Assembly: GCA_041658425.1 (NCBI GenBank)
Contig: JBBAAF010000001.1
Location: forward strand, 26,793-90,792
Reading direction: 5' to 3'
Origin: Bacteroidales bacterium
Lineage (GTDB): Bacteria; Bacteroidota; Bacteroidia; Bacteroidales; UBA12481
DNA length: 64,000 bases
Each line of letters starts with the position of its first letter. The stretch's first letter is position 1. Made by a program: the position numbers and the translations under genes. The notes under the pieces are model-generated. The model was not told the origin of the DNA and did no database searches. It worked only from the letters and a program-made list of their open reading frames with translations. Below, in pieces: positions 57,328-64,000 of this stretch.

Positions 57328-57335
57328 TAATTTTG
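57328..57335 (+). promoter_or_regulatory. Bacteroidota-type -7 promoter box for pdxJ
   Basis: TAATTTTG, 24 nt upstream of the ATG at 57359. Confidence 0.45.
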
Positions 57336-57358
57336 TTCAAATAATAAATCCAGACACA

Positions 57359-58075
57359 ATGACCAGATTAAGTGTAAATATAAATAAAATTGCCACACTC
57401 CGGAATGCGAGAGGTGGCAATGTTCCCGATGTACTGAAAGCCGCGGTGGATTGCGAACGTTTCGGGGCTCAGGGAATTACCGTACACCCGCGTCCGGATG
57501 AACGCCATATCCGTTATCAGGATGTATTAGATCTCAGACCATTGGTAAAAACCGAATTTAATATTGAAGGATATCCCTCTGAATCCTTCATTCAACTGGT
57601 TACCAAGGTAATACCTGAACAGGTTACGTTGGTCCCGGATGCACATGATGCAGTAACTTCAAACGCAGGATGGAACACGGTGAAATATCAAATCTTCCTC
57701 AGGGAGGTTGTAGCACGGTTTCATGAGAAAGGAGTCCGGGTTTCGGTATTCGTTGATGCTAATCCTGAAATGGTCAGGCATGCGGCTGCAATCGGTGCAG
57801 AGCGAATCGAGCTGTACACCGAACCCTATGCCAGGCAGTTTCCGAAAAATCCTGATGAGGCCATCAAACCCTTTATCGAAGCGGCTCTCGTTGCCTCCGG
57901 GTACAACCTGGGAATAAATGCCGGTCATGATTTAAGCCTTGAAAACCTGGAATTCTTTCATAGTAAAATACCTGGTTTACTGGAAGTTAGTATCGGCCAT
58001 GCCCTGATTTCCGATGCACTCTATTTTGGCCTCGAGAATACTATTATGATGTATCGTGCAAAGCTTCAGGGTTAA
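57359..58075 (+). CDS. pdxJ: Pyridoxine 5'-phosphate synthase
   Basis: [29 protein letters not shown] and HAGHDL-like motifs. Confidence 0.95.
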   Translation: MTRLSVNINKIATLRNARGGNVPDVLKAAVDCERFGAQGITVHPRPDERHIRYQDVLDLRPLVKTEFNIEGYPSESFIQLVTKVIPEQVTLVPDAHDAVTSNAGWNTVKYQIFLREVVARFHEKGVRVSVFVDANPEMVRHAAAIGAERIELYTEPYARQFPKNPDEAIKPFIEAALVASGYNLGINAGHDLSLENLEFFHSKIPGLLEVSIGHALISDALYFGLENTIMMYRAKLQG

Positions 58076-58085
58076 CAGCCGAAAT

Positions 58086-58144
58086 GCGTGAAACGTGACG
58101 CGTGACGCGAAAGAGTGACAAGTGACAAGTGACGAGTGACAAAA
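58086..58144. repeat. Tandem heptamer array (CGTGACG / GTGACAA / GTGACGA units)
   Basis: Read directly: gcgtgaaa cgtgacg cgtgacg cgaaaga gtgacaa gtgacaa gtgacga gtgacaa. A related cgtgacgcgtgg is at 55700-55711. Confidence 0.9.
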
Positions 58145-58160
58145 GTTTGGCAAGTGCTGT

Positions 58161-58194
58161 TGTCATCCCTGCGAAGGCGGGGACCCCTTGACGC
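58161..58194. repeat. REP-like 34-nt hairpin element, copy 2
   Basis: tgtcatccctgcgaaggcggggaccccttgacgct matches the reverse complement of 7452-7486 at 30 of 34 positions. It abuts the stop of the hydrolase gene. Confidence 0.85.
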
Positions 58195-59006
58195 TACATG
58201 GAGTTCTGCAACTGCTTTTTTATGATCGAAACAAATGCAGCGGGCTGTTCGGCGTGGAGCCAGTGCCCGGCATTCTTGATTGTGACTATCTGAGCGTTCG
58301 GATATAGTTTACGGATCATGACAAGATCCGGTTCACGTATAAAGTCAGAATTTTCACCTCGGATAAAAAGAACCGGAAACTGGTCAAAAACTCTGCCTTC
58401 GGCCAAAAATGATTCCAACCCGGCTGATAGGTTATCAAGATTTCCGAGCAATGCTTCAGGGTTCAATCTCCAAAAATATCCGGATCCGGGCTTTTTTTCA
58501 ATATTCTTCAGCAAAAACTGCCTGAGCTGTTTGTCGGGCAGCCGGTTCTCAAGCTGCCGGTCAATATCTCCCAATCCGGTAATTTTAGTAAAATCAACCG
58601 CCAACATCGATTTCAGCACCTTGATATGAAAAGCCGAATGGCTGGTATCCAAGGTGTTATCAAGATAACTTCTTGGGCTGATTTCAGCTATAATTAAACG
58701 GCTGATTCTCGATGGATTTTGGGCTGCAAACCACATAGCCGCTTTTCCGCCCATCGAATGGCCCAAAATTACAGCCCTGCTCAAATCATGGTCATCCATC
58801 ATCTCCAGCAAATCGGCTGCGAGCACCTGGTAGTTATGCTGATCTGAATGTGGAGACCTGCCGTGATTTCGTTGATCCACAAGGAAAACTTCGCAAAAGC
58901 CTGAAAGATTCTTTGCAATCGTAAGCCAATTATCGCCCGAACCATACAGCCCGTGCAGAATAATAACCGGATATCCTTTTCCCAGATGCTGTACGTAAAG
59001 TTTCAT
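58194..59006 (-). CDS. Alpha/beta hydrolase fold protein
   Basis: HGLYGSGDNW, the nucleophile elbow GHSMGG, and the C-terminal GHWLHAE His motif. Confidence 0.85.
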   Translation of the reverse strand: MKLYVQHLGKGYPVIILHGLYGSGDNWLTIAKNLSGFCEVFLVDQRNHGRSPHSDQHNYQVLAADLLEMMDDHDLSRAVILGHSMGGKAAMWFAAQNPSRISRLIIAEISPRSYLDNTLDTSHSAFHIKVLKSMLAVDFTKITGLGDIDRQLENRLPDKQLRQFLLKNIEKKPGSGYFWRLNPEALLGNLDNLSAGLESFLAEGRVFDQFPVLFIRGENSDFIREPDLVMIRKLYPNAQIVTIKNAGHWLHAEQPAAFVSIIKKQLQNSM

Positions 59007-59009
59007 AGA

Positions 59010-59621
59010 CTATTCCGACAAATGTTCACGGATAAGCGAGCTTAGTACCCTGATTCCAACCTTATTATCACCTCCCTGAGGTATGATCAGGTCAGCATAT
59101 CTTTTTGAGGGTTCGATAAAATCGAGATGCATTGGTTTAACCGTCTTTTCATATCGGTTCAGGACGATCTCGGCCGACCGGCCCCGTTCCTGGATATCGC
59201 GCCGTATAACCCTCGCCAGCCTGTCATCAGCATCGGCATCGACAAATACTTTAATATCGAGAAGATCCCTCACCTCCTTCTGGGTGAGTACCAGTATGCC
59301 TTCCACGATTACGACTTTTCGCGGTTCAATCAGTATGGTTTCGGATGATCGGGTGCACGTCAGATACGAATAAACCGGCTGGTGGATCAGCCTTCCGCGC
59401 CGGAGCTCTTTCAGATGCTCAATCAGCAATGGCCATTCAATTGAATCAGGATGATCAAAATTCAGTTTTTGCCGCTCTTCCAAAGGAAGATGACTATTGT
59501 CCTTATAATATGAATCTTGCGGGAGCAGCGCTACCTCTCCTCGCAGAAAGCAGCTCATAACCTTATTCACAACGGTTGTTTTTCCACTCCCGGTTCCACC
59601 GGCTATACCTACGATTAACAT
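59010..59621 (-). CDS. udk: Uridine kinase
   Basis: P-loop GIAGGTGSGKTT, and DSYY...FDHPD motifs. Confidence 0.93.
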   Translation of the reverse strand: MLIVGIAGGTGSGKTTVVNKVMSCFLRGEVALLPQDSYYKDNSHLPLEERQKLNFDHPDSIEWPLLIEHLKELRRGRLIHQPVYSYLTCTRSSETILIEPRKVVIVEGILVLTQKEVRDLLDIKVFVDADADDRLARVIRRDIQERGRSAEIVLNRYEKTVKPMHLDFIEPSKRYADLIIPQGGDNKVGIRVLSSLIREHLSE

Positions 59622-59678
59622 ATTTTGCTGAAGATTCAGGAGGTAATTGTATATTTACCGATTAAGTCTTTCCAAAAA

Positions 59679-59993
59679 ATGATCAGACACATCGTTCTCT
59701 TCAAAATAAAGGATTTTTCTTCAGAATCCGAAAGAAACGAAGCCTTACAAAATGTTTTGGTCACCTTTCGGTCACTGATCGGCCAGATTCCACAGATCCG
59801 GCAATTCAGGGTGGAACCGGATTGCGTTCATGGGCCTTCATCATATGACGTGATCATTGACAGCGTTTTTGATAATACTGAGGATTTGAAAGCTTACCAG
59901 GAACATCCTGCTCATTTAGATGCTGTGGCTTTGAATAAACAATGGTCGGAAAGTAAAATTATGGGCGACTATTTCTTCGAAAACCGTACCTAA
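59679..59993 (+). CDS. Dabb (stress-responsive A/B barrel) family protein
   Basis: MIRHIVLFKIKD... and ...YQEHPAHL are typical of the Dabb domain. About 104 aa from the ATG at 59679. Confidence 0.8.
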   Translation: MIRHIVLFKIKDFSSESERNEALQNVLVTFRSLIGQIPQIRQFRVEPDCVHGPSSYDVIIDSVFDNTEDLKAYQEHPAHLDAVALNKQWSESKIMGDYFFENRT

Positions 59994-60020
59994 ATCAACC
60001 CCCTAAATAAATCAAAAATT

Positions 60021-61019
60021 ATGCTATATCCTTTACGCTTTAAGCCGATTTACCAGTACCGATTATGGGGTGGAAATAAATTAAGAGATGTACTATGGAA
60101 GAAAGATGCACCTGACATGACCGGGGAAAGTTGGGAAATATCCGGAGTTGAGGACAACCAATCTGTTGTAAAAGAAGGGTTTCTGGAGGGAAATGACCTT
60201 CAGGAACTGATCGAGGTTTACATGGGAGATCTGGTTGGTGATGCTGTTTATGAAAAACATGGAACCGAATTTCCATTGCTGATCAAACTGATCGATGCTC
60301 ATGATGTTCTATCGGTTCAGGTTCATCCTGATGATGCCCTGGCTGCCCAAAGGCATCATGCTTATGGGAAAACCGAGATGTGGCATGTGATCCAGGCTGA
60401 TCCCGGGTCGGTCATTTATACCGGATTCAACCGGGAAATCAGCCGCGAGGAATTTCTCACCCATGTGAAACAGAAGAAAGTTCAGGAAGTTCTTAATGTC
60501 GAACCCGTAAAAGCCGGAGATGCCTTTTTCATACCGGCCGGCCGGGTTCATGCTACCGGTGCCGGGATACTCTTTGCTGAAATTCAGCAAACCAGTGATA
60601 TTACCTACCGGATATTCGACTGGAACCGGTTGGAGAAAAATGGCAGGCCCAGAACATTACACACCGATTTGGCCATTGATGCCATTGATTTCAAGCATTA
60701 TCCAAGCTACCGGACTGATTATCCCGCCTCTACAAATCGCCCGTCACCCGTAATCACCTGCCCGTATTTTACCGCTAATCTCATCTGGTTTAGCCGGTCT
60801 GTTGAACGCGACTATCTCGACATTGATTCTTTTATCATTTTCATCTGCATCCAGGGCTCTTTCCTGCTGAACTATGGAGAGGGTAATCCGATGCTGGTCA
60901 AAACCGGCCATACCATTCTGCTACCTGCTATCTTTAAGGATGTTATTCTTGAACCCCGCGGGGAGACCCGGGTACTGGAAGTATATATTGACAACCGCCA
61001 GGCTTCAACAACGATTTAA
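60021..61019 (+). CDS. manA: Class I mannose-6-phosphate isomerase
   Basis: Y.WGG, SVQVHPDD, KTEMWH and AGRVHA motifs. Confidence 0.88.
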   Translation: MLYPLRFKPIYQYRLWGGNKLRDVLWKKDAPDMTGESWEISGVEDNQSVVKEGFLEGNDLQELIEVYMGDLVGDAVYEKHGTEFPLLIKLIDAHDVLSVQVHPDDALAAQRHHAYGKTEMWHVIQADPGSVIYTGFNREISREEFLTHVKQKKVQEVLNVEPVKAGDAFFIPAGRVHATGAGILFAEIQQTSDITYRIFDWNRLEKNGRPRTLHTDLAIDAIDFKHYPSYRTDYPASTNRPSPVITCPYFTANLIWFSRSVERDYLDIDSFIIFICIQGSFLLNYGEGNPMLVKTGHTILLPAIFKDVILEPRGETRVLEVYIDNRQASTTI

Positions 61020-61020
61020 A

Positions 61021-61650
61021 GTGAATCCTGAGAATACTATTAAAACGGTCACCTTTTTAAGTGCCGGCAATGATCCTGGCAAGTGTCCAAGCCCTGACCG
61101 GCCGGAGTACGCCTTTATCGGACGATCGAATGTGGGCAAGTCAAGCCTGCTTAACATGATTGCAGGCCGTAAAAGCCTCGCCCGCATTTCGGTATCCCCC
61201 GGCAAAACTCAGACGATTAATCATTACCTGGTAAATGATGCGTGGTATCTGGTTGATTTGCCCGGCTACGGATATGCTAAGGTATCCAAAACGATGCGCG
61301 AAAAATGGACGGGCTTTACGAGCAAATACCTGATTAAACGGCCCAACCTGATGTGCCTTTTTCAATTAATCGACAGCAGGATTGAACCCCAGGCAATTGA
61401 CCTGAGTTTTTCAAACTTTCTTGGACAGGAAAAAATTCCTTTTGTACTGGCTTTTACCAAATCCGACAAGGTAACCATCAATATTCTCAACAAAAACATA
61501 TCGGCTTATTGCAAAGAGATGTCGAAAACTTGGGAACAGCTTCCCCGTCAATTCATTACATCATCTCAAAACAAAAAAGGAAGGGAGGAGCTTCTTGAGT
61601 TTATTCAACAAACCAACCTTCTTTTCAACCGGCAAGGTATGAACCCCTAA
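61021..61650 (+). CDS. engB: Ribosome biogenesis GTPase YihA/EngB
   Basis: EYAFIGRSNVGKSSLLN (G1), DLPGYG (G3) and TKSDK (G4). The GTG start at 61021 lies directly after the manA stop. The longer track ORF is an in-frame read-through inside manA. Confidence 0.88.
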   Translation: MNPENTIKTVTFLSAGNDPGKCPSPDRPEYAFIGRSNVGKSSLLNMIAGRKSLARISVSPGKTQTINHYLVNDAWYLVDLPGYGYAKVSKTMREKWTGFTSKYLIKRPNLMCLFQLIDSRIEPQAIDLSFSNFLGQEKIPFVLAFTKSDKVTINILNKNISAYCKEMSKTWEQLPRQFITSSQNKKGREELLEFIQQTNLLFNRQGMNP

Positions 61651-61658
61651 TAATTATT

Positions 61659-61666
61659 TAACTTTG
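61659..61666 (+). promoter_or_regulatory. Bacteroidota-type -7 promoter box for prs
   Basis: TAACTTTG, 44 nt upstream of the ATG at 61710. Confidence 0.45.
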
Positions 61667-61709
61667 GTGCGGTATCCCTTTTGCCCTCTTTTACAAAAAA
61701 ATCGATTCT

Positions 61710-62648
61710 ATGCAGCCAAATAGTCCGATTAAAATCTTCTCAGGAACCGGATCACAATACCTGTCTGAGAAGATTGCAGCCGCGTACGGCACCGAGTTGG
61801 GGAAAGTTTCTGTATTAAGGTTCAGCGATGGAGAATTTCAGCCTTGCTATGAAGAAACGGTTCGCGGTGATTTTGTTTTTATCATTCAATCTACCTTTGC
61901 CCCGGCTGAAAACCTGCTCGAACTTTTGATGATGATTGATGCAGCCAGTCGTGCCTCAGCCTATAAAATCGTTGCCGTTATCCCGTATTTTGGTTTTGCC
62001 AGGCAAGATCGTAAGGACCGGCCTAGGGTATCGATAGCTGCCAAACTGATGTCAAATCTTTTGGCAGCAGCCGGTGTCAGCCGCGTAATCACCATGGACC
62101 TGCATGCCGACCAGATCCAGGGCTTTTTCGATGTGCCGGTGGATCACTTGTATGCTTCTACGGTTTTTATTGATTATATCCGCAAACTTCAACTTGAAGA
62201 CCTCGTTATCGCCTCTCCTGACACCGGTGGAACCAAACGGGCAAATTCCTACTCAAAATACCTCGACTGTCCCATGGTTATTTGCCATAAAACCCGGAAG
62301 GGCGCAAATGTGATCGGAGAAATGACCATAATCGGCGAAGTGAAGGATAAAAATGTTGTTGTGGTAGATGATATGATCGATACCGCTGGTACCATAACCA
62401 CCGCCGCAAACCTGATTATGGACAAGGGAGCAAAATCCGTGAGATGCGTCGCTACTCATCCGCTGCTTACCGGCCCGGCATTCGAAAGAATTGAACAGTC
62501 AGCCTTACTCGAAGTTGTGGTCACCGATTCAATCCCCTTGCGTAAGCCAAGCCCGAAAATCAAAGTGATCTCCATTGCCGGTCTTTTTGCTGATATCATC
62601 AAAAAAGCGTATAATAATCAATCAATCAGTAGTACTTTCCTCTTTTAA
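61710..62648 (+). CDS. prs: Ribose-phosphate pyrophosphokinase
   Basis: PYFGFARQDRK, and the DLHA and VVDDMIDTAGT PRPP motifs. Confidence 0.95.
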   Translation: MQPNSPIKIFSGTGSQYLSEKIAAAYGTELGKVSVLRFSDGEFQPCYEETVRGDFVFIIQSTFAPAENLLELLMMIDAASRASAYKIVAVIPYFGFARQDRKDRPRVSIAAKLMSNLLAAAGVSRVITMDLHADQIQGFFDVPVDHLYASTVFIDYIRKLQLEDLVIASPDTGGTKRANSYSKYLDCPMVICHKTRKGANVIGEMTIIGEVKDKNVVVVDDMIDTAGTITTAANLIMDKGAKSVRCVATHPLLTGPAFERIEQSALLEVVVTDSIPLRKPSPKIKVISIAGLFADIIKKAYNNQSISSTFLF

Positions 62649-62652
62649 TTGC

Positions 62653-62660
62653 TACATTTG
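62653..62660 (+). promoter_or_regulatory. Bacteroidota-type -7 promoter box for rplY
   Basis: TACATTTG, 35 nt upstream of the ATG at 62695. Confidence 0.5.
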
Positions 62661-62694
62661 CACCCTCTTTTTAGCCGGATAGTAATATAATGCA

Positions 62695-63291
62695 ATGAAA
62701 ACATTTGATTTAAAAGGTTCGCTCCGGAAGGAGCTAGGTAAAAAAGCAACCAAACAGGTTCGCAAAGAAGAAAAAATTCCTTGTGTTCTTTATGGTAACG
62801 GTGATCCCGTCCATTTTGTAGCCAACGAGAAGGAATACGGTAAGGTAATCTATACCCCGAGTACTTTCCAGATCAACCTGGATATTGAAGGAACTATCTA
62901 TCCAACCATCATGAAGGCTATCCAGTTTCATCCGGTTACGGACAAGATTCTTCACATCGACTTTATCAGAATAGCTGATGGGAAACCCGTTAGTGTCAGC
63001 ATTCCGGTGCGCCTCGAAGGTTTTGCCAAAGGAGTTCAGCAGGGTGGAAAACTGAAACTTGAAATGCGGAGAGTAACCGTTAGCGGAATGATTAAATCCA
63101 TTCCGGATGAATTGCTGCTCGATGTCACCAATGTCGAAGTAGGCCAGTCGATTAAGGTTCGCGATCTTTCTTATCCTGAATTTGAAATTCTGGATCCGAA
63201 GAATGCAGTAATCGCTTCTGTTAAAACTATCCGTGTAGCCAAAGGCGCTGCCGAAACCCCAGTTGCAGCAGTTGCCGAAGTCAAAGTTTAA
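62695..63291 (+). CDS. rplY: 50S ribosomal protein L25/general stress protein Ctc
   Basis: RKEEKIPCVLYG and HIDF motifs. 198 aa long form. Confidence 0.93.
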   Translation: MKTFDLKGSLRKELGKKATKQVRKEEKIPCVLYGNGDPVHFVANEKEYGKVIYTPSTFQINLDIEGTIYPTIMKAIQFHPVTDKILHIDFIRIADGKPVSVSIPVRLEGFAKGVQQGGKLKLEMRRVTVSGMIKSIPDELLLDVTNVEVGQSIKVRDLSYPEFEILDPKNAVIASVKTIRVAKGAAETPVAAVAEVKV

Positions 63292-63317
63292 TCTGATTAA
63301 CTATTAAAAATTGCCAG

Positions 63318-63884
63318 GTGAAATATCTGATCGCAGGATTGGGTAATTTCGATAAGGAATACGCCAACACCCGGCATAATATAGGATTTACAATATTGGA
63401 TGCCTTTGCCGAGGCGTCCAATATTAGTTTTACCCCTCGCCGGTACGGAGATGTTGCAGATTACCGCTATAAATCCCGGGATTTTGTGCTGCTAAAACCT
63501 TCTACCTATATGAACCTGAGTGGCAATGCAATACGCTACTGGCTTCAAAAATCGAAAATAGAAGAACAAAATCTACTCGTTGTAGTGGATGATCTGGCAC
63601 TGCCATTCGGTCAACTCCGCCTTCGAAAAATAGGCAGCGACGGCGGTCATAATGGACTGAAACATATCACGCAGGTCCTTGGTCATGAGGATTATGCACG
63701 CCTGCGTTTTGGAATCAGCAGTCAAGAAAAGCTCTTTAACACGATCGATTATGTTCTGGGTGAATGGTCGCCTGAAGAAAAGGCCCAGCTCCCCGAAAAA
63801 ATAAAGATAGCCTGCGAAATCATCTTAAGCTTTTCCTGCTCAGGTATCGATCGAACCATGAACACGTATAACACCCGCCCCTGA
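63318..63884 (+). CDS. pth: Peptidyl-tRNA hydrolase
   Basis: GLGNFDKEYANTRHNIGF, YMNLSG and GGHNGLK motifs. GTG start. Confidence 0.93.
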   Translation: MKYLIAGLGNFDKEYANTRHNIGFTILDAFAEASNISFTPRRYGDVADYRYKSRDFVLLKPSTYMNLSGNAIRYWLQKSKIEEQNLLVVVDDLALPFGQLRLRKIGSDGGHNGLKHITQVLGHEDYARLRFGISSQEKLFNTIDYVLGEWSPEEKAQLPEKIKIACEIILSFSCSGIDRTMNTYNTRP

Positions 63885-63962
63885 CTATTGCTTTAGGCCA
63901 CCTTGAACCTCGCATCGCTGTTAAATTCTTGTTAACCACGCTTTCCGCTTCCTCCGTTACCC

Positions 63963-63970
63963 TATCTTTG
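63963..63970 (+). promoter_or_regulatory. Bacteroidota-type -7 promoter box for a gene that starts at about 63987 and runs off the window
   Basis: TATCTTTG is followed 17 nt later by ATGAAAAGGATTAC, which reaches the window end. Confidence 0.35.
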
Positions 63971-64000
63971 CCCAAAATTCGGATAAATGAAAAGGATTAC

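Noticed and set aside
60874-61020. A 49-codon N-terminal extension of the engB ORF that overlaps manA
   Set aside because: The extension is an in-frame read-through within the manA coding region. A GTG at 61021, directly after the manA stop, gives an EngB N-terminus of typical length ahead of the G1 motif.

Overview
The window looks like a chromosomal segment from an anaerobic Bacteroidota-like bacterium. The evidence for that lineage is the uppS-bamA-skp-skp-murI synteny, a DUF6089-type barrel protein, and TAnnTTTG -7 promoter boxes upstream of several genes. Coding density is high at about 60 genes. I found no rRNA, tRNA, CRISPR array, transposase or integrase.

Gene content in order:
- 1-6031: a 5'-truncated giant multi-cofactor flavoprotein, a nitroreductase, and a tight three-gene corrinoid methyl-transfer operon (corrinoid protein, URO-D/MtaA-family methyltransferase, homocysteine-type Zn methyltransferase).
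- 6201-7371: a mazEF toxin-antitoxin cassette bracketed by simple repeats, then Fe/Mn superoxide dismutase.
- 7541-12098: a four-gene operon joining the futalosine-pathway genes mqnB and mqnD to a split LanB lanthipeptide-type dehydratase. No precursor peptide or cyclase is visible.
- 12187-13706: folE and fabD.
- 13731-31971: a large minus-strand redox island. It holds two paralogous six-gene modules, each encoding group-3c-like [NiFe] hydrogenase MvhDGA, two different HdrA-like flavoproteins and an HdrC::NarI-like membrane fusion (QmoC-like). There is no HdrB. The island also carries one maturation protease and a trailing REC-only regulator plus membrane histidine kinase.
- 32235-38466: rex, transcribed divergently from the island, followed by hypFCDEAB.
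- 38502-49387: gdhA, two tandem giant receiver-domain/PPDK_N (PEP/pyruvate-binding ATP-grasp) paralogs of unknown function, and korAB.
- 49580-63884: housekeeping genes (murI, skp x2, bamA, uppS, nadK, a CBS protein, pdxJ, udk, manA, engB, prs, rplY/ctc, pth).

The best candidates for something not yet described are the duplicated, gene-order-permuted Mvh/HdrA/QmoC-like modules, the mqn-linked orphan split LanB, the twin REC-PPDK_N proteins, and the corrinoid/URO-D/Hcy methyltransferase trio. Several families of intergenic repeats are also present: 7-8 nt tandem arrays, a 34-nt REP-like hairpin, and G-rich nested palindromes.

All calls come from reading the translated ORFs and the DNA by eye. 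No database search was run.
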